The notes beneath the pieces were generated by a model. That model was not told where the DNA came from and made no database searches. It was given only the letters and a program-made list of their open reading frames with translations. A stretch of DNA of 64,000 nucleotides from the NCBI GenBank assembly GCA_024679065.1, contig JAGIQG010000019.1:45012001-45076000 (forward strand), read 5' to 3'. A program made the translations under genes and the position numbers. The number at the start of each line of letters is the position of its first letter. Position 1 is the first letter of the stretch. This DNA is from Sphyrna mokarran. Its lineage: Eukaryota. Shown one piece after another: positions 49,131-61,645 of the stretch.

Positions 49131-49429
49131 CTCTGATCCCCTTCAGGATAATCTGTCAACTCGCAAGAACAAGTATGATGTGAACTCTCATGCAGATTAA
49201 GATAACTGATACAATTTAAGGCCTGCTGATAAACTTTAAAGTACAATACGCACAAAATTCTAAAAACCACAACTAATATGAATGAAGTATATTGTTTATT
49301 CAACATTTCAACACCTTCTCGATCAACATTACCACAGGCTGACAACGGTGTGTAAATAATTTTAACCATTTTTCCAATTGCAAATGACAAGTGTTGCTTA
49401 ATGCAAGAATTTGTATTTTTATTTGTTGT

Positions 49430-49840
49430 TTATTTATTTATTTGTTTATTAGTCACAAGTAAGCTTATATTAACATTTCAATGACGTTACTGTGAAATTC
49501 CCCACTATGGTGCCTGTTCAGCTACACTAAGGAAGGATTTAGCATGGCCAATCCACTAAAACAGTCTTTCACACTGTGGGAGGAAATCGGTGCATCATGA
49601 GGAAACCCACACAGACAAGGTTGGTGGGGGGGGGGGATTGTAAATATTCCCCACAGGCGGTGATCCAAACCGGGAATCAAACCTGGATCCCTGGTGCTGT
49701 GAGGCAGCAGTGCTAAACACCATGCCACCGTACCACTCTACACATCTTTGCACGCTAAAGGGCAATTTAGCATGGCCAATCCATCTAACCAGGGCATATC
49801 ATTTGGACTATGGAAGGAAACCAGAGCACTCGGAGTAAAC
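49430..49840 (-). mobile_element. HE1/V-SINE (alternative tail) plus adjoining SINE fragment
   Basis: TTTATTAGTCACAAGTAAGCTTATATTAAC tail; GTGAGGCAGCAGTGCT head. Confidence 0.75.
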
Positions 49841-50556
49841 ATGAAATTCCTGCAGTATGCATGCAATTGAAGTTTATGTTTTGCATCTGATTTTGAGGAT
49901 CAGGTCCTTAATGGGTTAATGTAAGGCACCTCGATTGCAAGTTTTGACGTAAACGAGGTTTAATTTTGAATGACGGCTTTCAAATAAGATCAACTCTTTG
50001 AAACATTTAACAGTGAGAATCCCAGCCTGAAACATTGGCAAGGTTTTGTCCCTGATATTTTTATTTTTTTTATGCATTTTAATGAATATCAGTGCTCCAT
50101 TCACAGAAAATGTTCAGTGTCTAAACTGGGATTATGATTTACTGAAAATAGAAAACACCCAAATTGCCAATGACCAAAAGTTCCGGTGGATGGCACAGTG
50201 GTTGGCACTGCTGCCTCACAGCACCAGAGACCCAGGTTCAATTCTGGCCTCTGGTGACTGTGTGCAGTTTGCACCTTCTCCCTGTGGGTTTCCCCCGGGT
50301 GCTCTGGTCTCCTCCCACACTCCAAAGATGTGCGGGTTAAGTTGATTGGTCATGTTAAATTGCCCGTTCATGTCAAGAGAGTCAGCAGGGTAAAGAACTG
50401 GGTGGGATTGTTGTTGGTGCAGACAGAATGGGCCCAATGGCCTCTTTCTGCACGAGTAGCCGTGTGATTGACAATCATCATTCTGCATTAATACCTGACG
50501 CTATAAATGTGCCTCTGATTATCATTGGTTGTTTAATTGTTGAATATCAATATATT

Positions 50557-52399
50557 GGGTGGAATTTTCCTTTCCCCCTGTGGGAGGTGTAATGGGAATG
50601 TAACACTATGGCAGGAGCTAAAATCTCGTTTCCCATCATTGAAAATGAGGATAGGATCTCCCACGCCCAACCATCATGGGAATGGGGATCACATTCCCAC
50701 CAAAAGCTGCAGGAAGCGAAGTTGTATCCTGGCTGGAACAGTTCCCCACTCTTGCCTGATCATTCATGTTGCCAGAGGGAAATCACATTGGTCCAGGACA
50801 CATCTGGCAGCACTTCCTTTAAAGTAAATCCAATAAGTGCCATTAAGCTTGGCTGGAACTGCCTCCTCCTGCTGTTGGCACATGCCTGTGCTGTGACCAC
50901 CAGAATGTGAGACCCTTCCTTAACGGGATCTAATAGCCACAGCGCTGTGTGCCTCTGCAGCTGTGGAGGATGCAGATGGCCACTGCGATGCCTGAATAGG
51001 TGCGCTTTCTCCCTCCGCGGTCCCCTCTGGGCTTATCTCATTGCTGGACTGGCCTCTGTCTGCTTCGGGTCTCACCCGCTTCTTGCTGCCACCTGTAAAT
51101 GAGAGAGGAGAGAGTGAGTGGCTGAATGAGCTGCCTCCAACATGGAGGAATCCTGGGGCTCCACCCTTAAAGCTACGAAGCCAAAGCTCAAAGTGGACCA
51201 GGTGAACCCAAATCTATTCCCTGCTTGTTCCCAAAAACCAAATCCCAGTTGAATCCAATTCATGGTCCTCACCAAGGAGACAAACAAGATCCAAACTGAC
51301 AAGGTAAGACATTTCACCCCATCTTGATCCAACATCTGGAACCCTAAGCTTCCAATATCAAATGCTTGGATTCTTAATGGATGGAGTCCACCACTAACCT
51401 TGTCATCTCCGCAGGCTCTGTCCCGTTTGACTCCTGCCAGCTGGGCTGCCCACTCTCTGAAGTCTATTTATGCTTTGAGATGTGGCCAGCTCTGGTCCTC
51501 CTTTCTCCTGTGCAAAGGAAGAAGATGGAGTTGGGAGCAATTGGGTCTCACGTATCTTTCTCATGCTTGTAGTCTTACACATAACTCACTGGACTACGTG
51601 ATTGCCACAGTGCAGATTGTCCACAATGGGACAGCTACCCTCCAGAGCAGCAAAGAAATGCAGATATAAGTATAAGGCTCACAGAGGCATATCAAGTTGT
51701 GATGCTTGCTTGCGCCCTCAATGCCTGATCCCTTTCCTGAATCCTTCCCTTCACAGATAGCCTGTGAATTCTCCACGTGGAAAGCTCATGAGTTACTCTG
51801 GCTTCTCTAACGGCAGAGTAAGTGGACTGCAATGGGACTATGAGGCATCACCTGACCATGTTATCACTGAGGCCGTCTGTCCCCCTGTTATCACTGTCTC
51901 CTCCACCACTCAGGAGGCGACTGTGAACTTTGGGGCCTCACTTACCCTGATGGAATGGGTGCAGGGCAATCCTCCAGTGCATATCTTGGACATCGACTGA
52001 ACCTGAACATTTCCTCACACAATTGGGATTGTCTCCCTACTTAGCCCCCAATAACTCCCAATATAGAACATCCCTCCTGGCCTCCATTTTGTCTAGCAGT
52101 TCAATCAGGGAGGTATAGCCAAACTTGGTTGCTGGATCCCCTTGGTCTCTTTGGGCCATCTCCTCCATAAAGGTTTGGTCAGTTGATGTTCAGGTGCCTT
52201 TTAAATATGGCACCAAGATATGACCACAGGGGCAGCACCATCCAGCCCCACCTCACCACGTGATATCCAGGAAAATCTCTGACTAGGGAATTAATGAGGT
52301 CGTGGTCACCCATGGCGATGTAAATTCCCAGCAGGCTCCACAGCAGGGTACACTTCTCACCCTCACCCCTGCCCCCGCCCAGCATGGAAAATTCCACCC
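50557..52399 (-). mobile_element. Non-autonomous Harbinger/PIF-like DNA transposon, copy 1
   Basis: Perfect 14-bp TIR GGGTGGAATTTTCC/GGAAAATTCCACCC; minus-strand remnant MAQRDQGDPATKFGYTSLIELLDKMEARRDVLY resembles the Myb/SANT-like accessory protein N-terminus. Confidence 0.65.
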
Positions 52400-52875
52400 A
52401 ATCATTGTCCTGTGGAAAAATTGATTCCAATAAAAAAGGGAAAAGAAATATCTTAATTTATTTGAGTCAGTTCAAAATGTGCTTGTTTTCTTGCCAGCTA
52501 ACACAGCAGCCATTCTGCACACAAAGGGTGGGATTTTCTGGCCTCGCGTGCCCCAGCACCGGAAATTCCCATCCAAGCCAAATAGACAGCCCGTTACGAT
52601 TCCCAGGACAGGCAGGATGAGCAATGTTTGAACAAAGTTTCATAAATAACAACATGAGAAAGATTTTTTTGGTGACAATGGGGTGATGTTGACCAAGGCA
52701 CAAGTAAAACCCACTGCCCTCCTCTGAATAGTGATATCATCTCTAATATCTGAGTGGACCACAGAATAAGTAAGCAAGGCTTTGATGTTAATGGCTTATT
52801 CGAAGCTTAGGTAGGAGAGATGGTGTGTGATTAAAGTGGCCTATGAACAGTTAATGATTGCAATGATAATACCCT

Positions 52876-53150
52876 GGCCGGCATGGTGACAACAGTGGTT
52901 AGCACTGCTGCCTCACAGCTCCAGGGACCCAGGTTTAGTTCCGGTCTTGGGTGACTGTGTCGAGTTTGCAAGTTCTCCCCGCGTCTGTGTGGGTTTCCTC
53001 CGGGTTCTCCGATTTCATCTCACTCTCCAGTGAGATGATTGGCCATGTTAAATTGCTCCATCATGTCGGAGTGGGGTGGTTAGCAGGGTAAAGAACCTGG
53101 GTGGGATTGGAGCAGGCTCGATGGGCTCAATGGCCTCCTTCTGCATCAGT
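52876..53150 (+). mobile_element. Chimeric HE1 SINE at the duplication junction
   Basis: 5' flank matches the 55642 SINE; 3' tail and flank match the 50185-50460 SINE. Confidence 0.75.
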
Positions 53151-53253
53151 AGCTGTGTGAATGACAATCATCCTTCTTCATTAATATCTGACACTGTAAA
53201 TGTGCCTTTGGTTATCATTGGTTGGTTGTTTAAGTGTTGAAAATCAATATATT

Positions 53254-55157
53254 GGGAGGAATTTTCCATTCCCTCTGTAGGAGGTGTAATGGTGGGTTAG
53301 GGGTGTAATACCATGGCAGGGGTTGAAGAATTGTTTCCCACTAGTTTAAAATGAGGACAAAATCTCCCACTCCTACTCATCATGTGAGGCTGACATGGGG
53401 GGGGAGAGGGGGATAGGCAGTGGGGTCACCATTGCCACCAAAATCTGCAGGAAACTAAGTTGTGTCCCGACTGGAATCGTCCCCCACTTCCACCCAATCG
53501 GCCAAGCAGCCAATGGGAAATGACACCAGTCCAGAACATATCTAGTGTGTCCATGTTGGCACTTAGCTGAAGGTGAGCAACCCTACAAGTGCCAGTGAGC
53601 TTGGCTGGGACTGCCTCCTCCTGCTGTTGGCACATGCCCGTGTGGTGACCACCAGAATGTGAGACCTTTCCTTAACGGGATCTAATAGGCACAGCGCTGT
53701 GTGCCTCTGCACCTGTGGAGGATGTGGGTGGCTACTGCGATGCCCGTATAGTTGCGCTTTCTCCCTCCGCAGTTCCCTCTGGGCTTGTCTCATTACTGGA
53801 CTGGCCTCTGTCTACTTCAGGCCTCACCCTCCTTCTATTGGCACCTGTAAATGAAAGAGGACAGAGTGAGTGGCTGAATGAGCTGCCTCCAAGATGGAGG
53901 AACCCCAGGGTTCCATCCTTAAAGTTGTGAAGCCAATGCTCAGAGTGGACCAGATGGACTCAAATCCATTCTCTGCTTGTTCCAAAAACCAAAAGCCAAT
54001 TGAATCCAATTCATGGTCCTCACTAAAGAGACAAACAAGTTCTAAGCTACAAGACAAGACATGGCACCCCACCTTGGGCTTGATCCAACATCTGGGACCC
54101 TTAGGTTCCAATGTCACATGCTTGGATTCTTACTAGATGGAATCTGCCCACTAATTTTCCCATCTCTGTATGCTCTGTCCATTCACCCCCTGCCAGCTGG
54201 GCTGCCTGCACTCTGAGGTCTGTTTGGGCTTTGAGATGTGGCCAACTCTCATCCTTCTCTCTCCTGTTCTCCTGTGCAAAGAAGAGGATGGACTTGGGAG
54301 CAATTGGGTCTCATGCATCCTTCTCATGCTTGTAGTCTTACAAATAACCCACTGGACGATGTGATTGCTGCACTGCAGGTTGTCCATCATGTTTTTGGGG
54401 CTTACCCCTCCAGAGCAGTGAAAAAATGCAGGCATAAGTATGAGGCTCACAGAGGCATGTCAATTTGCGGTGCGTGCTTGCTTGCGCCCTCAATGCCCGA
54501 TCCCTTTCCTGAACACTTCCCTTTACAGGTAGCCTGTGAATTCTCCATGTGAAAAGGTTAGTGACGCACATGGCCTCTCTACAGACAGAGTGAGTGGACT
54601 GCAATGGGATTATGAAGCATCATCTGACTATGTTATTGCTGAGGCCTTCTGTCCCCCATTACTACTGACCCCTCCACCTCTCAGTGAGGCAAGTGTGAAC
54701 TGTTGACATCTCACTGATGGGATGGACACAGGGCAATCCTCCAGTGCATACCTTGGATATCAACTGAACCTGGACACTTCCTCACACACTGTGATTGTCT
54801 CCCCACTCAGCCTTCTGTTTCTCCCAATCTAGAAATCCCTCCTGGCCTCCATTTTGACTAGCAGTTCAGACAGGTACGTATGGCCAAATTTGGTTGCTGG
54901 ATCTCCTTTCTCTCTTTGGGACATCTCCTCCCTGAAGGTCAGGTCAGTTGATGGCCAGGCACTTTTTAAATATGGCGCCAAGGTATGACCATGGAGCAGC
55001 GCCATCCAGCCCACCTCACCATGCGATATGCCAGGAAAATCTCTGACTAGGCAATTAATGGGGTCACTCATGGCAGTGTGAATTCCCAGCAGGCTCCATA
55101 GCGGGAAACACTTCTCACCCTCACCCCTGCCCCCATCCAACATAGAAAATTCCATCC
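53254..55157 (-). mobile_element. Non-autonomous Harbinger/PIF-like DNA transposon, copy 2 (duplicate)
   Basis: TIR GGGAGGAATTTTCC/AGAAAATTCCATCC; ORF 54829-55155 ends PATKFGHTYLSELLVKMEARRDF. Confidence 0.62.
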
Positions 55158-55641
55158 AATCATTGTCCTGGAGGAAAAATTGATTCCAATGAAAAAGGGA
55201 AAAGAAATATCTTAATTTATTTGAATTAGTTCAAAATGTGGTGCCTGTTTTCTTACCAGCAAACACAGCAGCCATTCTGCACACAAGGGGTGAGATTTTC
55301 TGGCCTTGTGTGCCCCAGCACCAGAAATTCCCATCCAAGCCAAATAGACAGCCCGTTACGATTCCCAGGACAGGCAGGATGAGCAATGTTTGACCAAAGT
55401 TTCATAAATAACAACATGAGAAAGATTTTTTTTTGGTGACAATGGGGTGATGTTGACCAAGGCACAAGTAAAACCCACTGCTCTCCTCTGAATAGTGATA
55501 TCAGATCTCCATTATCTGACTGGACCACAGAGTAAGTAAGCAGAGCTTTGATGTTCATGTCTCATTCGAAGCTTAGGTAGGAGAGATGGTGTGTGATTAA
55601 AGTGGCGTATGAACAGTTAATGATTGCAATGATATTACCCT

Positions 55642-56787
55642 GGCCTGCATGGTGACACAATGGTTAGCACTGCTGCCTCACAGCTCCAGGAACCTGGATT
55701 CGATTCCCAAGCTTGGGTCACTGTCTGTGCGGAGTCTGCACATTCTTCCCGTGTCTGCGTTTGTTTCTTACGGGTGCTCCGGTTTCCTACCACAGTCCGA
55801 AAGGTGCGCTGGTTATATGTGTAGGCCATGCTAAATCCTCCCTCAATGTACCTGAACTGGTGCCAGTGTGTGGCGACGAGGGGATTTTCACAGTAACTTA
55901 ATGTAAATGCACTTGTGGCACTAATAAATAAACTGTACTTTTACTGGTATTTCCAAGGGAGAAACAAACTGCACATTTGAAATTATTGATCAGAATGTAG
56001 TTTTCTTTCAGAATGAATAACTGTTTGCAATTAACACAACCTGTATGGATCTGATGGGTTACACCCATCTCTAACCCTCAGTCTTCAAGAGTGTTTAAGT
56101 TTTCAAAGTTTAGTTATTAGTGTCAAAAGTAGGCTTATATTAGCAGTGCAATGAAGTTATTGTGAAAATTCCCCAGTCGCCACATTCCAGCAACTGTTTG
56201 GGTACACTGTGGGAAAATTTAGCATGGCCAGTGCACCTAACCAGCATATCTTTAGGACTGAGAGAGGAAATCGGAGTGCCTGGAGGAAATGCATGCAAAC
56301 ATGAGGAGAGCATACAGACTCCACACAATTTCCAGGCTGGGTATCGTATCCTGGGTCCCTTGTGCCATGAAGCAGCAGTGCCGACTACTGTACCGCCCTT
56401 GTAGATTCAAAAAAGTGGAATATTCAATGGTAAGTTGTAATTAATGAGCATTATAAAATAAGGGAGTCCCACAAAACTGAAGGTTAAAATCATAGAATCC
56501 TACAGTGCAGAAGGAGCCCATTTGGCCCATCAAGTCTGCATACACCACAATCCCACCCAGGCCCTATCCCCATAACCACATACATTTACTCTTGCTAGTC
56601 CCCCTGACACTAAGGGGCAATTTAGTATGGCCACCTAACCTGCTCATCTTTGGACAGTGGGAAGAAACCGGAGCACCCTGCGCAGACACGGGAGAATGTG
56701 CCACCTCCGCACAAGCAACAACCCAAGCTGGGAATTGAACCTGGGCCCCTGGCGCTGTGAAGCAGCAGTGCTGACTACTGTGCCACC
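55642..56787. mobile_element. Three HE1 SINEs: plus alternative tail 55642-55935, minus alternative tail 56105-56398, minus CR1 tail 56488-56787
   Basis: Head, V core and tail motifs present in each. Confidence 0.8.
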
Positions 56788-57809
56788 TTCATTAACGGGC
56801 TTCTCATGAACTTCATCAAAGTTGGGTCCTTGCTGACACAATCCTTTTGATGTTAAGTGAGGAAAGGAAAGTCTGAGGTAAGAAGTGACATGTGCAAAAC
56901 TTGCATCGGAAGGTCCTTGCTCTTTAATCACAATGAACTTGTCAGAGTCAATGATTCATTGATAGCTTTATGACAAGTGGAAGAAATGTCAGCAATCGTT
57001 TTGTCTGGATACTGTCTGGGGTCAAGACCCCAGTGGGTCAGGTAAATATTAATGAAACAATAATAAAATGTCTGCATGATAAACAACAGGAAGTAAGAAA
57101 CGATGTTTTATTTTTGAAATTGAAAAGCATTGTTAACGCAGAATCCTTTACTCTGTATTATGAAGGATCCTTCACAGACAGCAGAAAAAAAATCCCCTTT
57201 GAAATGGACCTACTGAGTTGCTTTTAACCCCCATCTACCAGAGCTATTACTGTCACCATCTGTCAGTCTTCTTGCTCTTCCGATGAATGCCCATGTTATG
57301 TATTGTGGGAAGCCTAATCACTCCCCATTTCTGAGATTACAGGACACTGGTTAGTTTATTCTTCTGTTAGACATTCATTATCCTTTCAACTATTCAAGAT
57401 GTACCAAAGACAAATCAGTCATTTTGTATCCTGAACCACAACAAATGGTGCCAACCAGTAGCTTTTAACTATGTTTACAATTGGCTTTTCCCTGACTCCA
57501 TTCAGTGATTAATTTTGGAATATGGTGGTAAGTAAACACAAGAGCTATTAAAGCGTTGGTTTCCTGATTCCAATATACACTCTGCACTCGCAGTATCTGA
57601 GACATGATATCCATAACGCACAACTGTTTGGCCGCTTAATTCTCAAAGACGGGCCCAGGCACAACTTGAGGTAGGTGACATTTAATCTTTACAAAAGCAA
57701 TTTTTAAGTCCACGCTAATATAAATGCTTAATTGGCGCAGTGCATGCAGCCACTGGATTAGATAGGAACTTAAATTCTATGGTCAACAATTTCTGCATCA
57801 AATGAAGAC

Positions 57810-60135
57810 AGTCATAGAGTCATTGAGGTTTACAGCATGGAAACAGGCCCTTCAGCCCACTTTGTTTATGCTGCCACTTTTTTAAACCCCTAAGCTAGTC
57901 CCAATGTCCATATTTGGCCCATATCCCTCTGATCTTATCCATAGGATAAGATTACCTATCTTACCCATGTAACTGTCTAAATGTGTTTTAAAAGACAAAA
58001 TTGTACCCCCCTCTACTACTATCTCTGGCAGCTTGTTCCAGACACTCACCACCTTCTATGTGAAAAAATTGCCCCCTGGACCCTTTTGTATCACCTTTGT
58101 AGGCAAATACTATATTGCATCGCCTGCACATTTTTGAAATTAGCATTAGCTCAGAGGTGGTGAAGGAGGTACAGAGGAGATTAATCAGCATGTTGCCTGA
58201 GATGAAGCATTTGAAATATAAGGAGAGACTGGATAGGCTTTGATTGTTTCCCTTAGAACAGAGAAGGCTGAGAGAGGTTATGATTAGAACATAGAACACT
58301 GCAGCACAAACAGGCCCTTCGGCCCACAAGTTGTGCCGATCATATCAGTACCTACCAGGCCATAGAACTATCTGTAACTCCCAATCCCATTAAATCCCAT
58401 GTACTCATCCAGAAGTCTCTTAAAAGACCCCAGTGAGTTCACCTCTACCACCACTGACAGCAGCCGATTCCACTTACTCAACACCCTCTGAGTGAAAAAC
58501 TTACCCCTAACATCTCCTCTGTACTTGCCCCCCAGCACCTTAAACCTGATTGAGTTGTTTAAGATTCTAAGGGGGTATTGACAGGGTGAGTAGGGGCAGC
58601 TGTTCCCCTTAGTTGAAGGATCAATCACAAGGGAGTATAGTTGTGGGTTAAAGGGCAGGAGATTCAGAGGGAAGTTGAGAAAAATTGTTTTCATTCAGAA
58701 GGTAGTGGGAATCTGGAATGCACTACCTGGGAAGGTAGTGGAGGCCGGAAAGCTTAGAACCTTGAAAAAAAATTTGAATGAACACTTGAAATGTCATAAT
58801 ATTCAAAAAGATGGAACAGGTGCAGGAAAATAGGATTTGCACACCTTTAATGGCAATTATTGTCGGTGTAGACTCAATGGGCCAAACGGTCTTTTCCGCA
58901 CTGTCTGACTCTATGATTCTATGTGTGATTGTGAGGAGGCAAGCAGAAACTTGGACAAGGAAATTGATGGATTAAGTGACTAGACATTCATTGATTTAAC
59001 AAATGGATACGTGAACATAAGAAGTCGGAGAAGTAGGCCATTTGGCACCTTGAGCCTATTCCACCATTCAATAAGATCACTTTGTATTTCGAGTTCCACA
59101 ATCCCATCTACACCCCACCCCCCTCACTCCCCATAACCTTTGATCACACAGCCTGATAAGAATCTATTTACTTCCATCTTAAAAATACTCAGTGAGACCA
59201 CCTCCACTGCCTGCTGAGGCAGAGGTCAAAATTTTACCAGCATGCTTACCCCAATTCTAGGATCTGGGTGAGATTCAGAGAACAACATTCTCCATTGGCT
59301 TCGGGCGGGCTCATATGAAGGTCAGGCAGATGTGCCAGTAAAACTCCGCCCAGAGTGTTCCAAAGTCACACAAAACTCTTGAGAGAAAAAAGTTTTCCTG
59401 ATTTCTGGGATGCTATTGGGACTTGATGGTTTGAGTTATCAGGAGAGGCTGGATAGACTGGGATTTTTTTCGCTGGAGCGTATAAGGCTGAGGGATGATC
59501 TTATAGAGGTCTATAAAATAGTGAGGGGCATAGATCAGTGAGATAGTCAATATGTTTTCCTAAATGTAAGAGAGTGTAAAACTAGACAGCATAAGATAAA
59601 GTGAAAGGAGAGAGATTCGAAAGAGTCCAGAAGGGCAATTCTTTCACACAGAGGGTAGTGAGCATCTGAAACAAGAGGTATTAATAGAGGTGGGTACAAT
59701 TTTGTCTTTTAAAAAGTAATTAAACAGCCACATGGGTAAGATGGGTATAGAGGTGTATGGGTCAAATGCAGGCAATTGGGATTAGCTTTGGTGTTTAAAA
59801 AAAAAGGACAAAATGAACAGATAGAGCGAAGGGACTATTTCCTTGCTGTAAACATCTATGACTCTATCTGAAAAGGGTGAAGCCCCAATTTTAAAATATT
59901 GCTCACTAGTTCTGGACTCACCCACAAGAGGAAACATCCTTTTGCTGGCTTCCTTATCAAGGCCTCTCAGAATCCAAAATGCTTTAATCAAGTCACCACT
60001 CACTCTTCAGAACTCTATTGGAAACAAGTTCAGATTGTCCAAGCTATCCCCAAAAGACAACCCGCTCATTGCAGGAGTCAATCTGGTAAACCTTCTCTGA
60101 ACTGCCTCCAATGCTTTCACATCGTCCCTCAAATA
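57810..60135. mobile_element. Cluster of nested CR1 fragments: minus 57810-58100; plus 58150-58925 with young minus insert 58285-58547; minus 59010-60135 with plus insert 59405-59870 and MITE 59222-59352
   Basis: Multiple RGDL/FFTQRV/WN motifs and tails; 58285-58547 closely matches 29230-29494. Confidence 0.75.
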
Positions 60136-60535
60136 ATGATGGTAAATACAAGTAACTACCACAAAGTATAAGTGACAAAATGTAACCAAGAACATTTTAG
60201 GTGCGATAGTGGCATGTGAAAAAGTTTACACAAAGTGGCAAAGCATTGGAGATAATCAAAGGGATGTGGGTCCAGATGCACAAGTCATTAAAATCTGGCT
60301 ATGAGAAACAAAAAAAAAGCAAAAAATTATTGACCATCATCACATGGGATATACAGAATATAAAATATTCATACTGTTATACAACTTGCTCTTTCAATTT
60401 ATATTTCAACACACTACCTAAGGCAAATATTGCAGCATGTCCAATAACAACTCACTTGCTCACCCAGAATATAGACAAATGATGGGGGACCAATAAAGAC
60501 CCTGTGGTCTATCCAGCCCATCTTCATACACATTG

Positions 60536-60815
60536 TGGGGTGGCACAGTGACAGGGACCCGTTTCAATTCCGCCTTGTCTATGTGGAGTTTGCATGTTCT
60601 CCCCATGTCTAGATGAGTTTCCTCCAGGTGCTTCTGTTTCCTCCCACAGTCCAAAGATGTGCAAGTTATAGGGATTGACCATGCTAAAATTGTACCTGAA
60701 TGTCAGAGGGATTAGCAAGGTAAATACGTAGATTATGGGGTAGGACCTTGGTCGGGATTGTTGTCAGTGCAGACCTGATGGGCTGAATGGCCTTGTTCTG
60801 CACTGCAGGGTGATT
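60536..60815 (+). mobile_element. HE1/V-SINE
   Basis: GGAGTTTGCATGTTCTCCCCATG core; GAATGGCCTTGTTCTGCACTGCAGGG tail. Confidence 0.8.
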
Positions 60816-61034
60816 CCCTATTTCTTGGCATTCCATCAGAAACCATGTGTTCTCCTGAGAGATGAAAAATAGATTCCTGATTTGGGAAAAAGTAATTTTC
60901 TCGGATCCACTTAGGTGATCAAAACTAAATCAGGTGATCAGGAATCAGCAAATTGGTCTTCAATGTAAAAACCAACAAGCCAGCCAGAGAACCATTATTT
61001 TCCATATCATCAGCATATGGAATAATGAAAAGGT

Positions 61035-61645
61035 AACAAAAATAGAAGAGCTGGAAAATCTCAGCAGCTTTGACAGCATCTGTGGAGAGAGAATAGAGCC
61101 AATATTTCATGTCTGGATGACACCTCAAACACCTCACTTGGCAGTGCATTCCAAGCTTCCACCACTCTCTGAATAAAAAACTTCCCCTGCACATCTTCAC
61201 TGAATCTTTCCCCCTTATCTTTAACTTGTGCTTCCTCATAATTGCCATTTCTGCCCTGGGAAAAAGATTCCAACTATTCACTCTATCCATACCCGTCATA
61301 ATTTTATAAACTTCTATCAGATCGCCTGCTCCTTAGCCTCCGTCCTTCCAGGGACAACAATCCCAGTTTATTCAGATAGAAGCAAATTATTGTGGGTGCT
61401 GGAATCTGAAACCAAAATAGAAATCGCTGGAAAATCTCAGCAGGTCTGGCAGTATCGGTGAGGAGAAAAAAGAGCTCACATTTCGAGTCCAGATGACCCT
61501 TTGTCAAAGCTTTGTCAAAGTTGTTCAATCTCTACTCATTGTTAATACCTTCCAAATCAGGCAACATCCTGTAAACCTTTTCTGGACTCACTCTGAAGCC
61601 TCCATGTTCTTTGGATAGGGTGGTGACCAGAATTGGACACATCTC
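61035..61645 (-). mobile_element. CR1 fragment with PLE family-2 repeats (61035-61120 and insert 61377-61520)
   Basis: Minus ORFs read LFPRAEMAIMRKHKLKIRG and FFIQRVVEAWNALPSEV; PLE insert AAAGCAAATTATTGTGGGTGCTGGAATCTGAAAC..TTTCGAGTCCAGATGACCC. Confidence 0.7.

Larger units (their letters stand above)
50185..55640 (+). repeat. Direct tandem duplication, two ~2.7-kb units (about 50185-52875 and 52876-55640)
   Basis: Collinear homology throughout, e.g. TGACAATCATC at 50469/53162 and GAACAGTTAATGATTGCAATGAT at 52845/55611. Confidence 0.92.

Noticed and set aside
50185-55640. Tandem duplication as a haplotype or assembly artefact
   Set aside because: The units differ by many substitutions and indels, more than expected for alleles, and the junction SINE is a coherent chimera.
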